Shown here piece after piece: positions 1 through 9,091 of a stretch of DNA of 64,000 bases. How positions within the stretch are numbered: position 1 is the stretch's first letter; each line of letters starts with the position of its first letter. Both the position numbers and the translations under genes were made by a program. Under the pieces are notes generated by a model. That model had not been told where the DNA came from. It made no database searches and saw only the letters and a program-made list of their open reading frames with translations. Source of the DNA: an uncultured Chloroflexia bacterium (lineage in GTDB: Bacteria; Chloroflexota; Limnocylindria; Limnocylindrales; CSP1-4); NCBI GenBank assembly GCA_963734535.1, contig CAVTHS010000006.1:192001-256000 (forward strand), given 5' to 3'.

Positions 1-579
1 GTCTTCAACCGGCTCGGCTATGTTGGCGCGTCGCTGGAAGCCGTCGCCGACGCGGCGGGGTACACGAAGGGGGCGGTCTACTCGAACTTCGCGACGAAGG
101 CGGACCTCTTCCGCGCGGTCATGGAGCGGACCCAGGGCGGCCGGGCCTCAGCGTCCGAGACCCTCCTCCGCGAACGACCGCTGGGCGACTTCATCGACCT
201 GATGGGCGGGCTCATCGCCGACCAGGCCGCCAGCGAGGCATCCTTCGACCTCCTGACCATCGAGTTCTGGCTCGCGGCGATGCGTGATCCGGCGCTCCGG
301 GCGGAGCTCGCCGAAGGCTACCGCGCGATGCGTGGGTCGCTGGCTCCCGTCATCGAGCGCGGGCTGGCGGCCGACGGGGTGCGCAGCGACTTCGATGGAT
401 CGGAGCTCGCCACGCTCGTCAGCGCGATCGGGACCGGGATCCTGCTCCAGTACTACCTGGAGCCCGCGGCCGTGGACCCGGAGCTGCTCCCCCGGGCCCT
501 GCGGGCGCTGTTCGGGTACGGAACCGAGAGCGTCGCCGGGACCGCGCCCGTACGCCCGGAGGCTGATCGGTCCGCCTGA
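1..579 (+). CDS. TetR/AcrR family transcriptional regulator (5' truncated by window)
   Basis: Frame 1 from base 1 reads VFNRLGYVGASLEAVADAAGYTKGAVYSNFATKADLF (TetR HTH), continuous with ORF 121..579. Confidence 0.9.
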   Translation, partial: VFNRLGYVGASLEAVADAAGYTKGAVYSNFATKADLFRAVMERTQGGRASASETLLRERPLGDFIDLMGGLIADQAASEASFDLLTIEFWLAAMRDPALRAELAEGYRAMRGSLAPVIERGLAADGVRSDFDGSELATLVSAIGTGILLQYYLEPAAVDPELLPRALRALFGYGTESVAGTAPVRPEADRSA

Positions 580-642
580 TCGTCGCCGGCTCCCCGGGTG
601 AATTCCGGTGCGCCCGGCGGGTGGCGCCGCGGGACGTCCGGA

Positions 643-671
643 TTGACACGTCGATCAGGGTGCTGCAGGAT
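643..671 (+). promoter_or_regulatory. Sigma70-type promoter of the TA operon (leaderless)
   Basis: TTGACA (643-648), 17 nt, CAGGAT (666-671), then 6 nt to ATG 678; no SD. Confidence 0.65.
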
Positions 672-677
672 CGCGGC

Positions 678-935
678 ATGCGGACGAAGCGGACCTACAA
701 CCTGCCCGAAGCAACAATCCGAACGGTCCGGGAGCTTTCGGCGACGTTTGGCGTGGCAGACACCCAGGACGCCGTGATCGAGCTGGCGGTGGACGAGCTC
801 GCGCGACGGCTGCATGACGATGCCGAAGGGGAGCGGTGGGCGGAGGCGGCCGTGAGCCCGGGGTTTCGGGAGGAAGCGGCGGATCTCGCCGCAGCCTATG
901 ACACCGCGGACCGCGAGACGTGGCCGCGGGCATGA
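678..935 (+). CDS. Antitoxin, ribbon-helix-helix-like (MazE-type partner)
   Basis: 85 aa; N-terminal MRTKRTYNLP beta strand, acidic C-terminus; ATGA overlap with toxin. Confidence 0.75.
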   Translation: MRTKRTYNLPEATIRTVRELSATFGVADTQDAVIELAVDELARRLHDDAEGERWAEAAVSPGFREEAADLAAAYDTADRETWPRA

Positions 936-1333
936 GGCCGGGACCGCTCCTTCGCTGGGCAGTGGTCCGCGTTGCGCTCGACCCGGCGACCGGACACGAG
1001 CAGGCTGGGACGCGCCGGGCTCTCGTCGTCAGCTACGAGCCGTTTCATCGCTCCGGACTGGCCACGGTCTGCCCGATCACCGCGGCGCGTGACGTGGCAC
1101 GCTACCCCGGCGAAGTGCCGATCCCGGTCGGGATGGCGGGCCAATCCCGCGCCGGCCTGATCCTGTGCCACCAGGTCCGGACCATCTCGCTCGAGCGGGT
1201 CGAGGGTGCCCCGGCCGGGCGGCTGGGCGATCCAGCCCTGCGTCGCGCCGTGCGCGGAGCGCTTGCCCACCACCTGGGCCTGGACATCCCGTCCATCGGC
1301 GATGGGGCGTTCGTGCGGAGCGAGCCCGGCTAG
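932..1333 (+). CDS. mazF: PemK/MazF family endoribonuclease toxin
   Basis: LDPATGHEQAGTRRALVVS, VCPIT, ILCHQVRTISLER motifs. Confidence 0.9.
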   Translation: MRPGPLLRWAVVRVALDPATGHEQAGTRRALVVSYEPFHRSGLATVCPITAARDVARYPGEVPIPVGMAGQSRAGLILCHQVRTISLERVEGAPAGRLGDPALRRAVRGALAHHLGLDIPSIGDGAFVRSEPG

Positions 1334-2728
1334 CTGTCGAAGCCGATCCCGAGTCCGTCGAGCGTCCGGAGCAGCAAGCCGCGCCGGCCATCGTTCGCGT
1401 CGGCGCGGGCCAGCTCGTCTCGCACCGTCTCGACACCGAGCGAGCGGAGCGGCTCGGGCGGGAAGGGGACCGGCCGGGAACGGACGAAGCGAAGCCGGAG
1501 GAGGTCCGACTCGGGCCGAAGGATGAAATCGCGAGCGATTCCGGCGGCCCAGCGCGAGGCCCCGACGCCCAGGCCCGTGTAGCCGAGCGCGTAGACGACT
1601 CGTCCGCCCATGGTCCGGCCCAGCGTCATCGTGAAGCGCGACGTGGTGTCGATGGCGCCGCCCCAGCGATACGGCCAGCGCAGGCCGGCCAGCTGCGGGA
1701 ACGTGCGCCGCCAGTTTGCAGCGAGCCGTTCGAATGTCGCCGGCCGCCGGTCGTATGCCGGGCCCACGCCGTTGTGTGGGTGGTAGACGGCGTCGAAGCC
1801 GCCCCACAGGACGCGATCGTCGGCCGTCAGGCGGAAGTAGTGGAACTGGTTGTTGGCATCGGCCAGGCCCTGCCGGTTGCGCCAGCCGATCGCGTCTCGC
1901 TGCGGGCGGGGTCAGCGGCTCCGACACCAGCACGTAGTCGTAGACGGGCACGAAGAGGGGCCGAAGCCGCCCGAGCCAGCCGGAGTAGGCCGAGGTCGCG
2001 ACGACGGCATGTCGAGCCCGGATCTCGCCGGGCGCGCCGTTCGCTGCTGCCGTCCGAACCCGGACCCCGCCCGCGACTCGCTCCAGCGCGGTGACCCGGG
2101 TTCCCTCGTACAGGACGGCGCCTCCCCTGCGCGCGACCCGCGCCAGCCCCTGTGCGAGCTTTGCCGGGTCGAGCATCACGCAGCTGTCCGGATGCCAGGC
2201 GCCGGCGGTCCAGCGCGGAGAATGGACCTCCGCTCGGGCAGCATCGCCGTCGAGGAAGACGGCCCGCTCCCCGTGGGCGGTCGCGAGCTCGACGTGCTCG
2301 CGGAACTCGTCGACCTGCCTCGGATGGTCGGCCAGGCTCAGCTCGCCGGTCAGCTCGAGGTCGCACTCGATCCCGTTGCTCGTCACGAAGTCGACGATCG
2401 CGCGCAGGTTCGCCATCCCCTCGCGATGGAGCAGGTCGGCCTCGTCGGGATAGTGGCGCAGCCCGTTCTCCAGCCCGTGGGTCAGGCTGGCCTGGCAGAA
2501 GCCGCCGTTGCGCCCGGTCGCGCCGAACCCGACGTGCTCCATCTCGACGATCGCCACCCGCAGCGCGGGGTTCGTCTCGAGGAGGCGCAGGGCGGTCCAG
2601 AGCCCGGTGAACCCGGCCCCGATGACCGCCACGTCCGCGGTCGCGGCGCCCGCGAGGGCTGGAGCGCGCGGGGGCACTCCGGCGGCGAGCCAGTAGCTCA
2701 CGGCGCGTGCAGGGTCGGCGGATCGCAC
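1330..2728 (-). CDS. FAD-dependent oxidoreductase, DadA/PuuB (gamma-glutamylputrescine oxidase)-like; indel near 1910
   Basis: VSYW, DVAVIGAGFTGLW, GATGRNGGF; C-terminal WGGAID and YTGLGVGASR in a second frame (ORF 1330..1767); GTG 2728 lies 7 nt after CAGAAT. Confidence 0.8.
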
Positions 2729-2851
2729 GGGCCGAATTCTGCCCGATGCGGGCGCGATCCGGTCGGGGAGCCCGCGTCGGGTTACGGCCACGATGCCGGC
2801 GGGGATGCGCGGACGCGGATGCCGCGGGCTCGACGGCGATGCGGCGGACGC

Positions 2852-2963
2852 GCGGGCGCGACGAGCAAGCGCCGTGGCGGGCGCGACGAGCAAGCGCCGT
2901 GGCGGGCGCGACGAGCAAGCGCCGTGGCGGGCGCGACGAGCAAGCGCCGTGGCGGGCGCGACG
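2852..2963. repeat. Perfect 25-bp tandem repeat, 4.5 copies (GCGGGCGCGACGAGCAAGCGCCGTG)
   Basis: Units start at 2852, 2877, 2902, 2927 plus a 12-nt partial at 2952; no spacers. Confidence 0.95.
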
Positions 2964-3413
2964 CTCCGGCCGCCCGGACACGGAGATCCTCGTCAATGAT
3001 GGCCCGGACATCAGTATCAGCTGTCCTTCCTGAGCGCGAGGGCGGCGGACCGGGCCGGCGCCGGGTCCGGGCGTCGGAATCCTCGACAATGCAGCGCACG
3101 CGAAGCACGAAGGGGGGAAATGTGCCCGCGCCGGCGGCTTCGGACGAGTCGAGGCGCCGGCACCCGTGCGCCCATTCGGGATAGAGATCCCAGGCGCCGC
3201 ATCGGCGAGGATTGTGCGACGCCACGGCGACGTCGCAACGACTCCACGGCGGCTCGCGGGCAGGCCGGCTTCGTCACGTTGCGTCTCCCGAAGTATGAGC
3301 CGCGCCCCTGGCCCGTGGGCGCGGCTCCGCGTGCACGCCTCCCGTCGTAGACAACGCATTGCGCCAACCGAGTGGCACAATCACACGGATTTCGCACGGT
3401 GAGCTGCCGCGGA

Positions 3414-3454
3414 CAACGGATATCGTTGACGAGATTCGAGACCTGTGGCAGGAT
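3414..3454 (+). promoter_or_regulatory. Promoter of aminotransferase-IclR operon with an overlapping palindrome
   Basis: TTGACG (3426-3431), 17 nt, CAGGAT (3449-3454); CAACG-GATAT-CGTTG (3414-3428) overlaps the -35. Confidence 0.55.
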
Positions 3455-3509
3455 GGCGACCTGCCGCAGGCGTCCCACCCGGATCCATTCGCTTGTCGCT
3501 GGAGGTTCT

Positions 3510-4865
3510 ATGTCCGCACAGTCGGCGGTCACCACCGTCCCCGCGCGTTCGCGCGACGTGCAGCTCGCGACGTGGCGGCGAGCGATCGACGTGATGCCGG
3601 GCGGCACGGATTCGAACTTCCGGGCCTGGGGCGAGGACACCATCTACGTCGACCGGGGCAAGGGCGGCACGGTCTGGGACCTTGACGGCAACGAGTTCGT
3701 CGACCTGCGGATGGGATACGGCCCCGTGATCCTGGGCCACGCCGACGACCGCGTGGACGACTACGTCAACGAGCGGATGCGGCGCGGCGTGAGCTTCTCG
3801 CTCACGTCGGAGGACGAGATCCGGGCCAACGAGCTGGTCCAGGAGCTGACCGGCTGGGTGGAGCTGTCGCGCCTGACCGTCTCCGGCACGGAGGCGACGA
3901 TGCATGCGATGCGCGTCGCCCGGGCATTCACCGGCCGCAACAAGATCGTCAAGTTCGAGGGCCAGTACCACGGCGTCCACGACTACGCGCTGATCAGCGT
4001 CCTGCCCAACAACATGGCCGACCTCGGCGACGCGGAGAACCCGTCGCGACTCGCCTGGGGGCGGGGGATCCCCGCGGCCGTCGCCGAGACCGTCATCCCG
4101 GCGCGCTACAACAACGTGGAGCAGCTCCGCCGGCTCTTCGAGCGCGAGGGTCACGACATCGCCGCGATCATCGTGGAGCCCGTGCTGGGCAACGCCCAGG
4201 GGATCATGCCCCAGGCCGGCTTTCACGAGGCGATCCGATCGCTCACCCGCGAGTTCGGGATCCTCATGATCTTCGACGAGGTGAAGACCGGGTTCCGGCT
4301 CGCGAAGGGCGGGGCCGCCGAGTACTTCGGCGTCACCCCCGATCTCGGGACGTTCGCCAAGGCGATGGGCAACGGCTACCCGGCCGCTGCGTTCGGGGGC
4401 CGGCGCGACATCATGAACCTCATGCCGGCCAACGTGAGCCACGGCGGGACCTACGCCGGCAACCGGATCGCGGCCGCGGCCGCCGTCCGCACGCTCGAGA
4501 TCCTGCGCGACACGGACGCGATCGCGACGGTCCACAGGACCGGCGAAGCCGTCCAGGCGGGGATCCGCGCGGTGCTCGACCCGACGGGGCTGCCCTACGT
4601 GATCACCGGACATCCGTCGATGTTCGGGATCATGTTCACCGACCGGATGCCCAGCGAGTATCGCGACTGGGCATCCACCGACCATGAGCTGTACGACGCG
4701 ATCGCGGTGGGCATGCACGCCCGCGGCGCGATGCCCGAGCCGGACAGCCGGGAACCGTGGTTCATCTGCGAGGCGCACGCTCAGGGGGATACCGTGGACA
4801 GGATCGTCTCGATCTTCGGCGCGTCGGTCGCGGCGGCCCTGGAGGCTCGGTCGCATGGCCGCTGA
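3510..4865 (+). CDS. Class III PLP aminotransferase, glutamate-1-semialdehyde aminomutase-like
   Basis: SD GGAGG; DLDGNEFVD, SGTEATM, FEGQYHG, FDEVKTGFR, TFAKAMGNG (PLP Lys), GGTYAGN. Confidence 0.9.
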   Translation: MSAQSAVTTVPARSRDVQLATWRRAIDVMPGGTDSNFRAWGEDTIYVDRGKGGTVWDLDGNEFVDLRMGYGPVILGHADDRVDDYVNERMRRGVSFSLTSEDEIRANELVQELTGWVELSRLTVSGTEATMHAMRVARAFTGRNKIVKFEGQYHGVHDYALISVLPNNMADLGDAENPSRLAWGRGIPAAVAETVIPARYNNVEQLRRLFEREGHDIAAIIVEPVLGNAQGIMPQAGFHEAIRSLTREFGILMIFDEVKTGFRLAKGGAAEYFGVTPDLGTFAKAMGNGYPAAAFGGRRDIMNLMPANVSHGGTYAGNRIAAAAAVRTLEILRDTDAIATVHRTGEAVQAGIRAVLDPTGLPYVITGHPSMFGIMFTDRMPSEYRDWASTDHELYDAIAVGMHARGAMPEPDSREPWFICEAHAQGDTVDRIVSIFGASVAAALEARSHGR

Positions 4866-5841
4866 GCTGCCCGCCGTCCCGGCCGCGCTGGCGCCCGTGG
4901 GACTCACGATCGTCGGCGAGCCGGCCGTCGCGCCCCGGCGGCGCCTCCCGCTCCCGGTAGCCATGGCGTCGCACGCACCGGCGCCCGTCGCGGGGCCCAC
5001 CACACCGCACCTCGCACCCCACCTGGCACCGGTCGAGCGATCGGACTCGGACCTGCTCGACGGGAGCGCGGTCCGCTCGGTCGACCGCGCGGCGGCGCTC
5101 CTCCTTGCGCTCGGCGATTTCCCGGCCGAGGCCGGGGTCACCGAGCTCGCTCGCAAGCTGGGGCTGCACAAGAGCACCGCCTCCCGGCTGCTCGCCACGC
5201 TCCAGCGGCGGGGGCTCGTGGAGCAGGACGAGGAGTCGGGCAAGTACCGGCTCGGGCTCGTGGTCATCCGGCTTGCCGAGCGCGCCGAGAAGACGCTCGA
5301 CCTCCGGACGCTCGCGCGGCCCGAGCTGGAGCGGCTGGCGCGTTCGACCCGCGAGACAGTCGGGCTCGCGATCCTCGACGTGGACCGGTGCCTGACGGTC
5401 GCCCAGGTGGATGGACCGAACATGGTCGCCTGCCCGGACTGGACGGGGCGAACCACGCCGCTCCACTGCGTGGCGTCGGGCAAGATCCTCCTTGCCACGC
5501 TGCCCGAGCGCGACGTCATGCGCCTCGCCAAGAAGGGCCTGCAGCCCTGCACGGAGCGGACGATCACGACCCTCGAGGGGCTCCTGGAGGAGCTGGCGCG
5601 CGTCCGGCGACGCGGCTTCGCGACGGCGTTCTCGGAGTGGGAGCCCGGCCAGAACGCGCTCGCCGCGCCGGTCCACGACGCCCGCGGCCGGGTCGTCGCA
5701 GCGGTGGACATCTGGGGACCGGCGTACCGGATCACCCCGGCGCGGGTTGCCGACCTCGCCGCCGAGGCGCGGGCCACGGCCAGCGCGATCTCGACCCGCC
5801 TCGGCGGCGCCTCCGCCTGGCCCGCCACCGCGCCGGCCTGA
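4855..5841 (+). CDS. IclR family transcriptional regulator (start uncertain)
   Basis: VRSVDRA...GVTELARKLGLHKSTASRLL HTH, PLHCVASGKILLA, ALAAPV. Confidence 0.92.
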   Translation: MAAELPAVPAALAPVGLTIVGEPAVAPRRRLPLPVAMASHAPAPVAGPTTPHLAPHLAPVERSDSDLLDGSAVRSVDRAAALLLALGDFPAEAGVTELARKLGLHKSTASRLLATLQRRGLVEQDEESGKYRLGLVVIRLAERAEKTLDLRTLARPELERLARSTRETVGLAILDVDRCLTVAQVDGPNMVACPDWTGRTTPLHCVASGKILLATLPERDVMRLAKKGLQPCTERTITTLEGLLEELARVRRRGFATAFSEWEPGQNALAAPVHDARGRVVAAVDIWGPAYRITPARVADLAAEARATASAISTRLGGASAWPATAPA

Positions 5842-5856
5842 CAACGCCGCCGCGCG

Positions 5857-7959
5857 TCAGCGCGCGGCGGCGTTCGGGGCGATGCTCGCTGCAAGCAGCT
5901 CGGCGAGGTCGATCGCCTCGACGCCGGCGCCTCGATCGCCCGCCGCGCCCAGGCCGTCGCGGATCATCGTCATGCAGAACGGGCACTCGGTCACCACGGC
6001 CGATGCGCCCGTGGCGAGCGCCTGGCGCGTGCGCTCCTCGTTGATGCGCGTCCCGGTGCTCTCCTCCATCCACATCCGCCCGCCGCCCGCCCCACAGCAG
6101 AAGGTCGAGCGCCCGCGCTGCTCCATCTCACGGAGCTCGATCACGGGCAGCTGCCGCAGGATCTCGCGCGGCTCCGCGGCGATGCCGCTGTAACGGGCCA
6201 GGTAGCAGCTGTCGTGCAGGGTCACGGGGCGCTTCGGCGCTCCCGGGCCCGCGGCGCCGTCGACCTCGGCCAGCGGCAGCCGCCCGGCCGCCAGGAGCCC
6301 GCGCAGGTAGACCGCGTGGTGGACGATCTCGAACGAACCGCCCAGCTGGCCGTACTCCGTGCCGATCGTGTTGAAGCAGTGCGGACAGGCGGTGATGATC
6401 GTCCGCTTCTCCATGCCGTACCGCTTCAGCGTCTCGATGTTGCCGGCGGCAAGGACCTGGAAGACGTACTCGTTCCCCAGCCGGCGGGCAGGATCCCCGG
6501 TGCAGGCCTCCTCCTGGCCCAGCACGGCGAAGCGAACGCGCGCGGCCGACAGGCAGGTTGCCACCGCGCGGGCGACCTTCCGGTTCCGGTCGTCGAATGC
6601 CGCGGCGCAGCCCACCCAGTAGAGCACCTCGAGGGAATCGAGCGTTCCCTCCCGGGCCATCTCCGCGACGGTCGGCACGCGGAACGGCAGGTCCTTTGCC
6701 CAGTCCAGCCGGCCCGCGCGGGGGCTGCCCCACGGGTTGCCGGCCTGCTCCATGTTCCGGAAGGCACCGGTGAGCTCCTGCGGGAAGCGAGTCTCCTCGA
6801 GGACCAGGTTCCGGCGGAGGCCCACGATCTTGTCGACGTGCTCGATGAGGACCGGGCAGGCCTCGACGCACGCCCCGCACGTCACGCAGTCCCAGACCGC
6901 GTCGAACGGGATCGCGGCGTCCACGATCGGGACCGCCAGGGCGACCGGCGCGAGCCGATCGTCGAGGCCGTACGTGTCGCGGACGAGCGGGCTGTTCGGG
7001 ATCAGGTTGAGCCCGCGCTCCGCGTCGACGGCCAGGTGGCGGATGCCCATGATCATCGCCCGCGGGTCGAGCGACTTGCCGGTCGCGTTCGCCGGGCACG
7101 CCTCCGTGCAGCGCCCGCACTCGGTGCAGGTGAACCCGTCGAGCAGGTCCTTCCAGCCGAGGTCCGCGATGGTCCGAACCCCGAACGTCCCGTGCTCCGC
7201 CTCGAGATCCATCGCCGGAAGCTCGCCGCGCGGGGCGAGCTTCCGGAAGTAGATGTTGAAGAAGCTCGTGGCCATGTGGAGGTGCTTGCTGCCCGGCAGG
7301 TAGCACAGGAAGGCGGCGACCAGGACGACGTGCGCCCACCACGCTGCCGCGAACGCCACCTGCAGAATCCCCGGATCCACCCCGCGGAGGGGGGTCGCCA
7401 GGGCGTTTGCCACGATCGCGCCGGCCCGGTCGCCGGACCGCGCCGCCTCGAGGGCCATCGCCGCGACCTCCGTGACGACGACGCCGCCGATCAGGCCCAG
7501 GATCACGAGCGCGCCGCGGGTGAGGGCAAGGCGGCGCGGTCGCGACACGAGGCGCCGCCAGCCGGCATATGCGATGGCGAGGAGCACGCCGACCGCGGCC
7601 ACGTTCTGGAGCGCCGTCGCGGCGCTCCACAGGGCGCCCCCCAGCGGCCAGCCGACGATCGCCTGCACCAGGCCGCCGGTGGCGATGTCCGCGGTCCCAA
7701 GCGTGAGCGCGACGAAGCCCCAGAAGATGGCGAAGTGCATGAGGCCGGCGCGGGCGTCCCGGAACATCCGGACCTGCGCCAGCGCGTAGACGACGAGGCC
7801 CGTGACCCGTCGCCGAACCGACGCGAAGGGGTTCGAGCGGCCGGCCGCCGCGAAGACTCGCACGTGGCGAGCGATCGCCAGGCCGAAGTAGGCCATCGCG
7901 CCGTAGAGGATGGGGAAGACCAGGACGTAGCCGGGGACGTCGGCATAGGCAGGGAACAT
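5857..7959 (-). CDS. Membrane-bound Fe-S oxidoreductase, FadF/HdrD-like (NarI-like TM + 4Fe-4S + two CCG domains)
   Basis: TM N-terminus, SKHLH, CTECGRCTEACP, CVTCGACVEACP, WVGC, TACPHC, HDSCY, CCGAGGG, ECPFC. Confidence 0.9.
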   Translation of the reverse strand: MFPAYADVPGYVLVFPILYGAMAYFGLAIARHVRVFAAAGRSNPFASVRRRVTGLVVYALAQVRMFRDARAGLMHFAIFWGFVALTLGTADIATGGLVQAIVGWPLGGALWSAATALQNVAAVGVLLAIAYAGWRRLVSRPRRLALTRGALVILGLIGGVVVTEVAAMALEAARSGDRAGAIVANALATPLRGVDPGILQVAFAAAWWAHVVLVAAFLCYLPGSKHLHMATSFFNIYFRKLAPRGELPAMDLEAEHGTFGVRTIADLGWKDLLDGFTCTECGRCTEACPANATGKSLDPRAMIMGIRHLAVDAERGLNLIPNSPLVRDTYGLDDRLAPVALAVPIVDAAIPFDAVWDCVTCGACVEACPVLIEHVDKIVGLRRNLVLEETRFPQELTGAFRNMEQAGNPWGSPRAGRLDWAKDLPFRVPTVAEMAREGTLDSLEVLYWVGCAAAFDDRNRKVARAVATCLSAARVRFAVLGQEEACTGDPARRLGNEYVFQVLAAGNIETLKRYGMEKRTIITACPHCFNTIGTEYGQLGGSFEIVHHAVYLRGLLAAGRLPLAEVDGAAGPGAPKRPVTLHDSCYLARYSGIAAEPREILRQLPVIELREMEQRGRSTFCCGAGGGRMWMEESTGTRINEERTRQALATGASAVVTECPFCMTMIRDGLGAAGDRGAGVEAIDLAELLAASIAPNAAAR

Positions 7960-8073
7960 CGGGGCCTCCCGAAGCGGCGCGTCGGCGGGTCGTGGCTCGC
8001 TTCGGCGAGGATACGCGACGCGCGCCCCACGAACGCGCGGCGTGACCGGCACGTGCGCTAGAGTCAGGCCGCG

Positions 8074-9027
8074 ATGCAGGACCTCTCCGACCGGCTGGGC
8101 ACCTTGTTCCTCTTCACGGCGGGCAACGCGCTGGTCGTCGTGATCGTGATCGTGGTCGCCTGGCTCGCCTACCGCGTCCTGGCACGTGTCGTGCGGACCT
8201 TCGTGGCAAGGGCCGCTACGGCGCCCTCGCCCGGGGAGGGCGACCTGAGCGCCGAGCAGCAGAAGATCCGACGGGCGGAGCGGAGCCGGCGCCTGGAGAC
8301 CGTGGCCGCGTTCGGCCTGCGCCTCGTCCGCTGGTTCGCCGTGGCGGTCATCGCGTCGGTCGTCGTCGCGGTCTTCCTGCCCTCGGCCTGGACCGCCATC
8401 GGCGGGCTGGGCGTGGGTTTCGGTATCGCGATCGGCGGCGCGATCGGGTTCGGCACCCAGCAGCTCGTGCGCGACTACCTCAACGGCATGCTCATCCTCG
8501 GCGAGAACCCGTACAGCGTCGGTGACATCGTGGCGATCGCCGGGGTCCGCGGAACCGTCGAGGAGGTGGGACTCCGGCGCACCGTGATCCGAGACATGGA
8601 CGGGACCGTTCACTCCGTCCCGAACGGCGAGATCCTCGTGGCCTCGAACTTCACGCGCCGCTTCGCCCGGGTCAACGAGCGGTTCCTGGTCGCGTACGGC
8701 ACGGACATCGCCCGGGTCACTGCCGTGATCAACGCCGTTGGCGACGCGTTCGCTGCCGACCCGGCCTGGGCGCCTCGCCTGATCGACACGCCCGCGGTCC
8801 TGCGGGTCGACCCGGTCGTCGATCCGGGGATCCCGGTCCTCGTCTCGTTCGCGGTCCGGCCGGGGGACCAGTGGGCGGTCGGCGGCGAGTTCCGGCGCCG
8901 CGTCCTCGACGCGTTCGTGCGGGAAGGCATCCGCCTCGCGACCTCGCAGCGGCTCCAGGTGGACGGGCCGCTCCCGATCCCGGTCGCCGACACGGATGGC
9001 GCCGAGTCCGGCGCGGAGTACACGTGA
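8074..9027 (+). CDS. Small-conductance mechanosensitive channel (MscS family)
   Basis: GFGTQQLVRDYLNG, YSVGDIV, GTVEEVGLRRT, VPNGEI. Confidence 0.9.
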   Translation: MQDLSDRLGTLFLFTAGNALVVVIVIVVAWLAYRVLARVVRTFVARAATAPSPGEGDLSAEQQKIRRAERSRRLETVAAFGLRLVRWFAVAVIASVVVAVFLPSAWTAIGGLGVGFGIAIGGAIGFGTQQLVRDYLNGMLILGENPYSVGDIVAIAGVRGTVEEVGLRRTVIRDMDGTVHSVPNGEILVASNFTRRFARVNERFLVAYGTDIARVTAVINAVGDAFAADPAWAPRLIDTPAVLRVDPVVDPGIPVLVSFAVRPGDQWAVGGEFRRRVLDAFVREGIRLATSQRLQVDGPLPIPVADTDGAESGAEYT

Positions 9028-9091
9028 CGGACGGGTATCATCCGATGACGACCAGCGTCGTCGTTCGAACCGGACCCGGAGGTGGCCCAGC

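Noticed and set aside
2852-2963. CRISPR array
   Set aside because: Units are directly adjacent with no unique spacers, and there are no cas genes
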